From Elusimicrobia bacterium GWC2_64_44 (GTDB lineage: Bacteria > Elusimicrobiota > Elusimicrobia > Elusimicrobiales > UBA9959), in the NCBI GenBank assembly GCA_001799845.1, contig MGUG01000048.1, positions 74,944 to 138,943 on the forward strand: DNA of 64,000 bases, in the 5' to 3' direction. The notes under the pieces were generated by a model. The model had not been told where the DNA came from and searched no databases. It saw only the letters and a program-made list of their open reading frames with translations. Positions 1 to 8,868 of this stretch are shown here, piece by piece. Every line of letters starts with the position of its first letter. The first letter of the stretch is position 1. The translations under genes and the position numbers were made by a program.

Positions 1-456
1 CTTGACCTCGCCGGCGCGCAGCGCGCGCAGCGCGCAGACGGCGGCCAGGTAGGTCTTGCCGGTGCCGGCCGGGCCCACGCCGAACACCAGGTCTTTGGAG
101 AGGATGGCCTCGACGTATTTCTTCTGGTTGTCGGTGCGGGGGCGGATCAGGTCGCCGTAATGGGATTTGAAGAGGACGCCCTCCGGCAGCGGGACCTCTT
201 CCCGTGGCCTCGCGTCCTCGGGGGCCAGGCGGGCGTTGTAGAAATCCTCCAGGGCCCCGCGCAGGGCGCGCAGCGCCTTCTCCACGGCCGCGGGAGAGCC
301 CTTCAGGGTGAGGTCGGCGCTCTCGCTCTCGGGGTGGTGGCGCACGTAGACCTGCACGCGGTGCAGGCGCTCCAGCTCGCGCAGGCCTTCGTCCTGCGCG
401 CCGAGCAGCAGCAGGATCTCCTCCCGGTTCTTGAGCTTGAATTTCCGGCCTTCCAT
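1..456 (-). CDS. phoH: PhoH-like ATPase, N-terminal 152 aa (C-terminus lies beyond the window start)
   Basis: Absent from the ORF track because it is open at the window edge. Reverse-strand translation from the ATG at 456-454 gives MEGRKFKLKNREEILLLLG...LIRPRTDNQKKYVEAILSKDLVFGVGPAGTGKTYLAAVCALRALRAGEVK, with Walker A GPAGTGKT in the usual PhoH context. Confidence 0.8.
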   Translation of the reverse strand, partial: MEGRKFKLKNREEILLLLGAQDEGLRELERLHRVQVYVRHHPESESADLTLKGSPAAVEKALRALRGALEDFYNARLAPEDARPREEVPLPEGVLFKSHYGDLIRPRTDNQKKYVEAILSKDLVFGVGPAGTGKTYLAAVCALRALRAGEVK

Positions 457-486
457 ATGTCCAGGGCGGGGCTCAGCCCCTCCGGT

Positions 487-1695
487 CTACTGCCACTTAG
501 AGATGCCGCGCGGTATAACCACAATGCCGTCGGGATCGATATAATAACGCTGCGCGTCCTGGTCGGAGTTGTAGCCTATGGTGGTCTTGGCCTCTATGGT
601 ATTATGGCGGTCCATGATCACCTTCTTGAGGCGGCAGCCCGGCTTGATCTCGCAGGCGTCCATGATGATGCAGTCCTCGAGCTGGCACTTTTCGTGCACG
701 GTCACGTCGTTGGCGAGGATGCAGCGCTTGAGCGAGGACTGGTGGATGTTGCAGCCGTCGGCCACCAGGCAGTCCTGCAGGTTGGACTCTATGATCTTGG
801 TGGGCGAGGTGGTGTTGCGCGCGTCCTGGATGGGCCAGGCCTTGTTGTGGAGGTCCAGTTTGGGCTTGGCGCCCAGCAGGTCCATGTGGGTCTGCCAGAA
901 GGATTCCAGCGTGCCTACGTCGCGCCAGTACGCCTTCTCCTCGTAGGCCTTCATGCCGGGCAGCGTCTGCTCGTTGAAGTTATAGCTGAAGACGCGGTAG
1001 CGCTTGAGGATGTTGGGCAGGATGGTCTTGCCGAAGTCCAACGCCGCGGTCTCGCCGGACTCCTCGTGCAGGATCTTGACCAGCGCGTCGTAGCTGAAGA
1101 TGTAGTTGCCCATCGAGGCCAGCGCGGCGTTGGGATTGCCGGGCATCGGCTTGGGGTTCTTGGGCTTCTCCTCGAAGCCCGTGATGCGGTTCTTGGCGTC
1201 CACGACGACGGTGCCGAAGCGCGAGGCCTGCTTGAGGGGGACCGTGATGGCCGAGACCGTGACGTCGGCCTTGTTGGCCACGTGGGCGTCGATCATCTGG
1301 CGGATGTCCATGCGGTAGATGTGGTCGGCGCCGAAGATGGCCACCAGGTCCGGCTTGTAGTCGGTGATCAGGTTCAGGTTCTGCTTCACCGCGTCGGCCG
1401 TGCCGCGGTACCACATCTCGCCCAGGCGCATCTGCGGGGGCACGACGGTGATGAAGTGCTCCTTGGTGATGCCGCCGAGGTTCCACGTCGAGCGCAGGTA
1501 CTCTATCAGCGACTGGGACATGTACTGCACCAGCACGTAGTTGGAGTAGATGCCCGAGTTGATGAAGTTGGAGAGCACGAAGTCGATGATGCGGTACTTC
1601 CCGCCGAACGGGACCGCCGGCTTTGACCGCTCCTTGGTCAGCGGGTAGAGCCGTTCCCCCTTGCCGCCCGCCATGATGATGCCTATGGTTTTCAT
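487..1695 (-). CDS. glgC: Glucose-1-phosphate adenylyltransferase
   Basis: 402 aa. The N-terminus GIIMAGGKGERLYPLTKERSKPAVPFGGKYRIIDFVLSNFINSGI matches the ADP-glucose pyrophosphorylase signature, followed by a C-terminal beta-helix-like region. Confidence 0.9.
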   Translation of the reverse strand: MKTIGIIMAGGKGERLYPLTKERSKPAVPFGGKYRIIDFVLSNFINSGIYSNYVLVQYMSQSLIEYLRSTWNLGGITKEHFITVVPPQMRLGEMWYRGTADAVKQNLNLITDYKPDLVAIFGADHIYRMDIRQMIDAHVANKADVTVSAITVPLKQASRFGTVVVDAKNRITGFEEKPKNPKPMPGNPNAALASMGNYIFSYDALVKILHEESGETAALDFGKTILPNILKRYRVFSYNFNEQTLPGMKAYEEKAYWRDVGTLESFWQTHMDLLGAKPKLDLHNKAWPIQDARNTTSPTKIIESNLQDCLVADGCNIHQSSLKRCILANDVTVHEKCQLEDCIIMDACEIKPGCRLKKVIMDRHNTIEAKTTIGYNSDQDAQRYYIDPDGIVVIPRGISKWQ

Positions 1696-1714
1696 TTGTG
1701 TAACCCCTTTGAGA

Positions 1715-2413
1715 TCAGCTGATCGCGTCCATTATCTCCCGCAGGTCCCGGCCGAGGCACAGGAATACGGGCTTGTCTTCGCAGGTGTAATTCTTGATGC
1801 GCTGCAGGCGCAGCTCGTGCGTGGCCGCGGTGAGGTCTTCCAGCGACTTGGCCTCGCGGGCCACTATCAGGTCCGGCTCGTCGAGCCCGTAGGACAGGAA
1901 GAAGTTCTCCTGGATGTCGCGGTAGCGCGAGACCACCTGCGCGCGCTCGCCCATCAGCTTCTCGCGCTCGCCCTCGGACAGCTCGTACCAGGTGTGCGCC
2001 TTCACCACCGGGTGCAGCAGCATGAAGCGGTGCCGGCCGAAGGTGTCCTTGGGCAGGAAGCCGAACTCCAGGTCTTTCCTCGGGATGGCCGGGTCCGCCC
2101 CCGGGTGGACGCCCAGGTAACAGTAGGAGGGCGTGAAATACCGGCCCGCGCCGGAGGAGAAGGTGCGCGCGCCGACCTCCTGCAGGTAGGGCAGGTCGTC
2201 GGACATGCGCCAGATCAGGATGTCCGCGTCGGAGCGCAGGCCCGAGACCATGTAGGTCCGCAGGAACAGCTTCTCCTGCGCGGCGCCCACCATGTTCTCG
2301 AATTCCTGCTTGGCGGCGATCTTCTCGTTGGAGATCAGCCGGCGGAACTCGGGCTGCAGCTTGACCAGCATGAAGCTGGAGTAAATGTTAGCGGTCTTTT
2401 TTGCTTTTTCCAT
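1715..2413 (-). CDS. Chlorite dismutase family / HemQ-like protein
   Basis: 232 aa. The overall pattern (FLRTYMVSGLRSDADILIWR, HRFMLLHPVVKAHTWYEL, DIQENFFLSYGLD) resembles the Cld/coproheme decarboxylase family as I recall it. The start overlaps the upstream ORF end by 26 nt. Confidence 0.6.
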   Translation of the reverse strand: MEKAKKTANIYSSFMLVKLQPEFRRLISNEKIAAKQEFENMVGAAQEKLFLRTYMVSGLRSDADILIWRMSDDLPYLQEVGARTFSSGAGRYFTPSYCYLGVHPGADPAIPRKDLEFGFLPKDTFGRHRFMLLHPVVKAHTWYELSEGEREKLMGERAQVVSRYRDIQENFFLSYGLDEPDLIVAREAKSLEDLTAATHELRLQRIKNYTCEDKPVFLCLGRDLREIMDAIS

Positions 2414-3329
2414 CTTTGGCCTCCGGGCTCCGCGCCGCCGTGAACGGGGGCTCCAGGTACAGGGAGCTGTGCCCGAGTATCTCCGTCTCTTCCGCCGTCT
2501 CCAGGCCGGTGGTGATCTCGGTCACCAGGAAGCGCCTGCCGCCGGCGTCTATGATATGCCCCCGGGGCACCAGCATGGCGTTCGAGCTCTTGCCTATGAA
2601 AAGCTGCCCGTCGAACTGCTCGCCTATCTTGACGCCGTTCTTGAGGTCGGTGACCTCCAGCCAGAGGCGGTTGAGGCCCTGCGAGTTCTTGACGCGCAGG
2701 AAATTCACCAGCGTGGTGTCGAATTCCGCCTCGGTGCGCAGGTGCTTCACCTTGGCGGTCATGCCCGGCGCCAGCTTGGAGTAGAGCGTTTCGGTGTTCT
2801 TGCCGATGATCACCACTTTCTTGGCCACGGTGAACAGGCGGTCGCCCTTGTTGACGCGGGTCCGGGGCTCTATGTAGACGTTGGTCACCACGCCCTCGGT
2901 CTCGGGCTTGACCTCGGTGAAGCTGTAGACGTCCTGCCAGCGGCGCTCGGTCTGCTTGCGCGATTCCTCGGAGCTGGAGTCCAGCAGGGCCGCCATCTCG
3001 GTGGAGACCATGCGGGCCAGGATGTGCTTGGGCGTGACGAAGGCGAACATCTCGGTCTGCACTTCCTCCACGCGCCCGTCGAAGGGGGCGAAAATGTCGT
3101 AGGTCTCCTGGGCGGTGCTGATGCCGGTCACCGGCGTATAGACCACTATCTCGCCGGTGCGGATGTTGTGGCTGGGGGCGAGGTCCCACGGGGAGGCCTT
3201 CGGCGCTTCGGCCGCCGGGGCGGCCTTCGGCGCGGCTTTCTGCGCGGCGGCGCGCTTCGCCGGGGCGGCGGCGTGGGCCTGGGCTGCCAGCGCCAGGAGC
3301 AGCAGGGAATTAATGAGCTTTCTTTTCAT
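2388..3329 (-). CDS. Secreted HlyD/membrane-fusion-protein-like protein
   Basis: 313 aa. It has a signal peptide (MKRKLINSLLLLALAAQAHA) and an Ala/Lys/Pro-rich linker. Lipoyl-like hairpin motifs (APFDGRVEEVQ; GVVTNVYIEPRTRVNKGDRLFTVA) are typical of periplasmic adaptor proteins. Confidence 0.55.
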   Translation of the reverse strand: MKRKLINSLLLLALAAQAHAAAPAKRAAAQKAAPKAAPAAEAPKASPWDLAPSHNIRTGEIVVYTPVTGISTAQETYDIFAPFDGRVEEVQTEMFAFVTPKHILARMVSTEMAALLDSSSEESRKQTERRWQDVYSFTEVKPETEGVVTNVYIEPRTRVNKGDRLFTVAKKVVIIGKNTETLYSKLAPGMTAKVKHLRTEAEFDTTLVNFLRVKNSQGLNRLWLEVTDLKNGVKIGEQFDGQLFIGKSSNAMLVPRGHIIDAGGRRFLVTEITTGLETAEETEILGHSSLYLEPPFTAARSPEAKDGKSKKDR

Positions 3330-4008
3330 TGAGTTTAGACCAGGCCTCCCAGGTCCACGGCATCCTGGCGCGGAACATCTCCTGGATGGCCTCGGCGTAG
3401 CGGCGGATCTCCCACTGCGCGTGGTCGTCGGCGCGCAGGCTGATGAAGTTCAGCAGGCTGCGCGCGTTGATGGTCCAGTGGAACTGGGTGTACTGCGCCA
3501 CGGGCAGCACCATGCGCGCCATCTCGCGGGCCGCGCCGGCGTCCAGCAGCTCCTGGTAGGCGGCGTAGGAGGCCTTCACGGCCTTGTCGTAGAGCTCCAG
3601 CATCTTCTTCTGGTCCAGGTTCGAGGACGGCAGGGAGCCCTGGCGGTTGCTGCGGTCCTGCGCCCGGAAAACTTCGGGGAAGTAGAACTCGTCGTGCACC
3701 TCGGTATAGCGGGCCGAGATCTCGTTGTAGGAGGCTATGCGGTGGCGCATCCACTGCCGCGCCACGAAGATGGGGCACTTGATGTGGAACTGGAAGACCG
3801 AATGCTCGAAGGGGCTGAAATGGCCGTGCTCGAGCAGGTATTCCAGCAGCTTGCGGTCGGCCGCCTCGCCCTTGGACACGGAGCCGAAGGAAACGCGGGC
3901 CGAGTCCACCGCGCGCTGGTCGCCGCCCATGAAATCTATGAGTTTAACGAAACCCTTGTCCAGCACCCGGGAAAGGTCCCGGCCGGTTTGAAGTCCTGTG
4001 TCTGACAT
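3310..4008 (-). CDS. thyX: FAD-dependent thymidylate synthase
   Basis: 232 aa. RHRIASYNEISARY matches the ThyX motif RHRxxSxxxxSxRY, and SPFEH is present upstream. Confidence 0.9.
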   Translation of the reverse strand: MSDTGLQTGRDLSRVLDKGFVKLIDFMGGDQRAVDSARVSFGSVSKGEAADRKLLEYLLEHGHFSPFEHSVFQFHIKCPIFVARQWMRHRIASYNEISARYTEVHDEFYFPEVFRAQDRSNRQGSLPSSNLDQKKMLELYDKAVKASYAAYQELLDAGAAREMARMVLPVAQYTQFHWTINARSLLNFISLRADDHAQWEIRRYAEAIQEMFRARMPWTWEAWSKLNEKKAH

Positions 4009-4081
4009 GAGCCCTCCGCGGAAAAATTTGAGAAACCCGGATAAAATTATATACTTTTCAAAGTCTTATTAAAAGGCCGCC

Positions 4082-4522
4082 ATGAAAATAAAACTCACCG
4101 CCGACGGTTCCCGCCTGGCGCGCAGCCGCAGCCTGCGCTCCCTTGAAAAGATCATGAAAGTCCTGCTGAACCCCGGCGGCTGCCCCTGGGACCGCCGCCA
4201 GACCCACGCCACGCTGCTGAAATACCTGCGCGAGGAAGCCGGCGAGGTGAGCCAGGCCGTGCGCCGCAAGGACTGGCACAATCTCAGGGAAGAGCTGGGC
4301 GACGTGCTGCTGCAGGTGGTGTTCCACAGCGAGCTCGCCAGGCGCGCCGGCCGCTTTTCGCTGGCCGACGTGATAAAGACCGTGAATTCCAAGATGGTGC
4401 GCCGCCACCCGCACGTGTTCGGCGCGGGGGCCAAGCTGGATACGCCGGCGCAGGTGCTGCGCCAGTGGAAGATCATCAAGAAGGCGGAAAAAGCCAGGGC
4501 CGCCCGCAAGGCGAGCAAGTGA
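4082..4522 (+). CDS. mazG: MazG-type nucleoside triphosphate pyrophosphohydrolase
   Basis: 146 aa. The motifs LREEAGEV...REELGDVLLQVVFH...VRRHPHVF are the MazG EExxE/ExxD helix pair. Confidence 0.8.
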   Translation: MKIKLTADGSRLARSRSLRSLEKIMKVLLNPGGCPWDRRQTHATLLKYLREEAGEVSQAVRRKDWHNLREELGDVLLQVVFHSELARRAGRFSLADVIKTVNSKMVRRHPHVFGAGAKLDTPAQVLRQWKIIKKAEKARAARKASK

Positions 4523-5988
4523 ACTCACGCAGGCTGGCGCGCCTGATCCATCCCGGCTTCCGGTTCGGCCTCTCCGACCCGGAGCAGGCGGTGAAGCTCG
4601 CCGGGCTCGGAGTTGGCGGCTTCTGCTTTTACGGCGGCGAGGCGGGCGAGGTGAGGGAGCTTTCCCGCCGCCTGAAGGCCGCCAGCGAAACCCCGCTGCT
4701 GATCTCCTCCGACTACGAGAACGGCGCCGGCCAGCGCGCGCGCGGCGCCACCGACCTGCCCTCCAGCATGGCCATAGGCGCCTCGGGCTCCGAGGCCCTG
4801 GCCCGCCGCAAGGGCGAGATCACCGCGCTGGAGGCCCGCGCGCTCGGCGTGGACTGGGTCTTCGCGCCCGTGCTCGACCTGGCTACCCGCCCCGATAACC
4901 CCATAGTGAACGTACGCGCCTACGGCGCCGCCCCCGGGCTCGCCGCCAGGCTGGGGGAGGCTTTTATTTCCGGGCTGAACTCGCAGGGCGCGCTGGCCTG
5001 CGTAAAGCATTTCCCCGGTCACGGCGACACCTCGGCCGACTCCCACCTCGAGCTGCCCTCGGTGGGCAAGAACCTGTTCGCGCTGGAGGAGCTGGAGCTG
5101 CGGCCTTTCAAAGCGCTGGCCCGCCGGGCCGACGCCGTTATGGCCGCCCACCTGCTGCTGCCGGAACTGGACGCGGTCAATCCCGCCTCGCTTTCCAGGG
5201 AGATCCTGACCGGCCTGCTGCGCCGGCGGCTCGGCTACGCGGGGCTTATCGTCACCGACGCGCTGGAGATGAAGGCCGTCTCCGCCGACCCCGCGGCCGG
5301 CGTGAAGGCCTTCCTGGCGGGGGCCGACGCGCTGCTGGTGCCCGACGACCCTTTCGCCCTGCACGCCGAGCTGGCGCGGGCCGCCAACGACGGCCTGCTG
5401 ACCGCCGCCGCGGTGGACGCGGCGCTGGCGCGCCAGGACTCGCTGGTGCGCAAGCTGGCCCCTTTCCGCTCCGCCCCGCCGCCCGACACCCTGCGCTGCC
5501 CCGAGCACCTGGCTTTCAACGCCGAGGCCGCCCCCGCCTGCCTGGCCTGGGCCTCGCCCGCTCGGTTCCGGCTGAACCCCGGAGAGACCGTGGGCTATTT
5601 CGAGCCGGTGACCGCGCAAAAGGACTGGAAGGGCGCGGCTTTCGCGGCGGAGCTGGCGCGGCTGGGCGTGCGCGTGGAACCCTACCAGCCCGGCTGCGGC
5701 ATGCGGCTGGCGGCGGGCTGCTTCTCGCGGCCGCGCGCGGGCTCCGGCAGCATAAACCTCTCGGACGAAGAGTGGCGCGCGCTGGAATCGGCCATCGCCG
5801 GCGCCGCCGATTCCGTCCTGCTGGCTTTCGGCAGCCCTTTCGTGCTCAACGGCCTCGCCCCGACGGCGGGGCTCTGCGCTTTCTGCGCGCTGGAGGACTT
5901 CCAGCGCGCCGCGGCCGGAGCGCTGGCCGGGCAGGTCAGGGCCGGCGGCTCCATGCCGGTCAAAATCTCACTGAGGAATAAAATATGA
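4519..5988 (+). CDS. Glycoside hydrolase family 3, NagZ-like beta-N-acetylhexosaminidase
   Basis: Contains the KHFPGHGDTSADSH and IVTDALEM motifs of GH3. The start is moved from the track's 4465 to the in-frame GTG at 4519, which overlaps the mazG stop (GTGA). The exact start is uncertain. Confidence 0.75.
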   Translation: MNSRRLARLIHPGFRFGLSDPEQAVKLAGLGVGGFCFYGGEAGEVRELSRRLKAASETPLLISSDYENGAGQRARGATDLPSSMAIGASGSEALARRKGEITALEARALGVDWVFAPVLDLATRPDNPIVNVRAYGAAPGLAARLGEAFISGLNSQGALACVKHFPGHGDTSADSHLELPSVGKNLFALEELELRPFKALARRADAVMAAHLLLPELDAVNPASLSREILTGLLRRRLGYAGLIVTDALEMKAVSADPAAGVKAFLAGADALLVPDDPFALHAELARAANDGLLTAAAVDAALARQDSLVRKLAPFRSAPPPDTLRCPEHLAFNAEAAPACLAWASPARFRLNPGETVGYFEPVTAQKDWKGAAFAAELARLGVRVEPYQPGCGMRLAAGCFSRPRAGSGSINLSDEEWRALESAIAGAADSVLLAFGSPFVLNGLAPTAGLCAFCALEDFQRAAAGALAGQVRAGGSMPVKISLRNKI

Positions 5989-7463
5989 ACGAAATCTCCG
6001 CTTTTCAGCAGATAACGGGCCTGGCCCCGCTGGACTACGCCATCCTGGGCACGGCTCTCGTGGCCCTGTTCGTGATCTCCTACTTCAAGGGCCGCGACGA
6101 GCACGACACCAAGGACTACTTCCTCGGCAACCGCAAGACGCCGGTCTGGGTGGCCACGCTGTCCTTCGTCGCCACCGAGATCAGCGCGATGACCATAGTC
6201 GGCATCCCGCCCATCGGCTACACCGAGAACTGGCAGTACCTGCAGTTCTTCATCGGCTCGGCGGCGGCGCGCATACTGATCGCGTTCTTCTTCATCCCCG
6301 CGTTCTACAAGTTCAGCTGCACCACGATCTACGAGTTCCTGAAGCACCGCTTCGGCGTGGAGACGCAGTACGCGGGCTCGGCCTTCTTTTTCGTGACCCG
6401 GCTGTTCGCTTCGGGCGTGCGGCTTTACGCGGCGTCGCTGGCCGTATCTGTCATCATGGGCTGGCAGCTGCTGCCCACCATAGCGTTCTTCACCGCCATC
6501 AGCATCCTGTTCATCGGCTTCGGCGGCATCAAGGCGGTGCTGTGGACCGGCACTTTCGAGTCCATAGTTTTCTATATCGCCGGCGGCGCGGTGGCCGGCT
6601 GGCTGCTGCTGCATATCGACGGCGGGCTGTCGGGCGCCTGGCAGCTGGCGTCGGAGGCGGGCAAGCTTTCCGTCTTCAAACTGGGCTGGAACCTCAACGA
6701 CCCCAACGTGCTGTGGGGGGCCGTGCTCAACGGCGTCTTCGGCTCCATGGCCTCGTTCGGCACGGACCAGGAGCTGATGCAGCGGCTGCTGACGCTGGAG
6801 ACGCGCAGGGAGAGCCAGAAGACGCTGATCCTCACCATCTTCACCAGCTTCCCGCTGACCTGGCTGTACCTGGGGCTCGGTACGCTGCTGTTCGTCTTCT
6901 ACCGGCAGAACACGGGGCTGCCGCTGCCGGAGAACGCCGATAAGATCCTGTCGCATTTCACGGTGCACGTGCTGCCGGCGGGGCTGAAGGGGCTGGTGCT
7001 GACGGCGGTGGTGCTGGCGAGCATAGACTCGCCGCTGAGTTCTCTGTCGTCGTCGTTCATTACGGACATTTACAGGCCGCTGATAAAGAAAGACGGCGAC
7101 GAGAAGCACTACCTGTTCGCCTCGCGGCTGAGCGTGCTCTGTTTCGGGCTGCTGCTGGCGGTCATCGCCTGGCTGTGCGCGTCGGGCTCTGGGCGCATGC
7201 TGTGGCTGGCCTTCAAGATCAACGGCGTGACCGCGGGCAGCCTGCTCGGCGTGTTCCTGCTCGGGCTGCTGACCGCGCGCATCTCCAACAAGGTCAACGT
7301 GCTGGCCATGTTCGCCAGCGCCTGTTTCGCCGGGCTGACGCTTTACCTTTCCGAAAAAGGCCTGGCCCCCATCGGCTGGAGCTGGATCGTAGTCATAGGT
7401 ACCGTTTCCACCTTCTCCCTCGCGTGGCTGCTGGCCCCGCTGGAGACTAAGTTCGGAAAATAG
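5985..7463 (+). CDS. Sodium:solute symporter family transporter
   Basis: 492 aa polytopic membrane protein. The N-terminal pattern DYFLGNRKTPVWVATLSFVATEISAMTIVG is typical of SSS transporters. It has an ATGA overlap with the GH3 gene. Confidence 0.8.
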   Translation: MNEISAFQQITGLAPLDYAILGTALVALFVISYFKGRDEHDTKDYFLGNRKTPVWVATLSFVATEISAMTIVGIPPIGYTENWQYLQFFIGSAAARILIAFFFIPAFYKFSCTTIYEFLKHRFGVETQYAGSAFFFVTRLFASGVRLYAASLAVSVIMGWQLLPTIAFFTAISILFIGFGGIKAVLWTGTFESIVFYIAGGAVAGWLLLHIDGGLSGAWQLASEAGKLSVFKLGWNLNDPNVLWGAVLNGVFGSMASFGTDQELMQRLLTLETRRESQKTLILTIFTSFPLTWLYLGLGTLLFVFYRQNTGLPLPENADKILSHFTVHVLPAGLKGLVLTAVVLASIDSPLSSLSSSFITDIYRPLIKKDGDEKHYLFASRLSVLCFGLLLAVIAWLCASGSGRMLWLAFKINGVTAGSLLGVFLLGLLTARISNKVNVLAMFASACFAGLTLYLSEKGLAPIGWSWIVVIGTVSTFSLAWLLAPLETKFGK

Positions 7464-7573
7464 CCGCGGCGCCGTGCCGGCCCGCCGTGCCGGTGGAAAC
7501 TAGTCAGATAAATTGGGAATGCGCCAATTGCCCGCGCCCCCGCCCCGCTGTATACTTAACTTGGGGAGGGGTT

Positions 7574-8458
7574 ATGAAGAGCCGGGGCGGTCTGGTCATG
7601 GTCATTGCGCTCGCGCTTTTGCGCGGGCCGCTGTTCTGCGTGCCGGAAGCCGGCGCGGCCGGCGCGGACTGTAAAGGCTTCTCCGCGCGGGTCGTAAGCT
7701 ACTCCGAAGCCAGCGACATAGGCCGTATCTCGGTGCTGGGGTTCGTGCCCAAGGGCGGGGTGGAAAAGAACGAAGCCGACTATATCTCGGAAAAACTGGC
7801 CGCCTGCCTGGCCGGCCACAGGAAGCCGGCCCTTATAGAACGGGCCCTCCTGGAAAAAGTCCTGAAAGAGGCGCGGCTTTCCTCTTCGGGCGCGGACGCG
7901 CAGGGCAAGGCGGCCGGGCTGGCCGACATCTTCTCTGTGGACGCGGTGGTCACCGGCACGGTATTCGCGGCCGGAGGCAAACTCAAGGTCCTGACGCGGC
8001 TGATAGAGCTGAAAACGGGGCGGGTCCTGCTGGCGGAGCAATCGGAAGCGGAGCGCGAGTGGCCGCAATTCCCCGACCCGTCGGGCACGGAGCTGGACTG
8101 GGATAGCCCGGCCTGGCCCCTTCCGCCAGCGGACCTCAGGGACGCCCTCGCCGAGCCGGAGCGGGAGTCCTGTTCCGCCCGGAAATCGCGGCTGAGCGGG
8201 CTGAATTCCGAGCTGGTGGAGGCCAAGGCGCTGTATTGGGCGGCGAAAATGAAGGAGCCCGGCTTCACCGTCCGCGGTCTGACCAGGAATCCCGGCACTG
8301 AGATCACAGATCCCGGGGTAAAGGCCCGGTTCTACAGGCTGCTCGAGGCCTATTACAGGTCCGACAGCGCCGGGGCGCCATCCCCGGAAAAACTTGCGGC
8401 CGTGCATGACCTGGTAGCCGAGGAAAACCGGGTCTACAACGAATGCGGCTCCCGCTGA
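7574..8458 (+). CDS. Secreted protein with FlgO/LpoB-like N-terminal domain
   Basis: Start trimmed to MKSRGGLVMVIALALL (signal peptide). The segment ISVLGFVPKGG...ADYISEKLAACL...ALIERALLEKVLKEARLSSSG...VDAVVTGTV...LKVLTRLIELKTGRVLLAE resembles FlgO-type domains. The C-terminal half is unassigned. Confidence 0.45.
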   Translation: MKSRGGLVMVIALALLRGPLFCVPEAGAAGADCKGFSARVVSYSEASDIGRISVLGFVPKGGVEKNEADYISEKLAACLAGHRKPALIERALLEKVLKEARLSSSGADAQGKAAGLADIFSVDAVVTGTVFAAGGKLKVLTRLIELKTGRVLLAEQSEAEREWPQFPDPSGTELDWDSPAWPLPPADLRDALAEPERESCSARKSRLSGLNSELVEAKALYWAAKMKEPGFTVRGLTRNPGTEITDPGVKARFYRLLEAYYRSDSAGAPSPEKLAAVHDLVAEENRVYNECGSR

Positions 8459-8493
8459 CGGCCCTCGCCGGGCCGCCGCGGCGGGTAAAGCAA

Positions 8494-8519
8494 AACCCCG
8501 CGGTTTGGGCCGCGGGGTT
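8494..8519. terminator. Bidirectional hairpin between convergent genes
   Basis: AACCCCGCGG-TTTGGG-CCGCGGGGTT, a perfect 10-bp stem flanked by A-run and T residues. Confidence 0.6.
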
Positions 8520-8538
8520 CTGTCAGCGCCGAACCTTA

Positions 8539-8760
8539 TCAGTTCGTGTGCTTGAGCAGGTGCTCTTTGCGGCGCTTTATCTCTTCTTCGAGCTTTTCGA
8601 GCTTTTCTTTGGCCTTTTCCTTGGTCTCGTCCATCCAGTCGCCCAGCTGCTCGCGGGTGTCCTTGCCCGCCTTGGGAGCGAACAGGATGCCGATGGCCGC
8701 GCCTATAAGGCCGCCGACCAGGAAAGCGCCGATTATTTCTCCGCCTCTGTTTTCTGACAT
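8539..8760 (-). CDS. YtxH domain protein
   Basis: 73 aa. The hydrophobic helix GAFLVGGLIGAAIGILFAPKAG is followed by a charged helix (KEKAKEKLEKLEEEIKRRKE), the typical YtxH layout. Confidence 0.8.
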   Translation of the reverse strand: MSENRGGEIIGAFLVGGLIGAAIGILFAPKAGKDTREQLGDWMDETKEKAKEKLEKLEEEIKRRKEHLLKHTN

Positions 8761-8868
8761 AAGAACCTCCAGTGAAATCCGTTTTTTCTCCGCTACTCCT
8801 AGTATTATACATTGGCGGGGGCCTTGTCAAACGCGGTCAGGGCGGGCCAAATCTTATATAATCCAGCT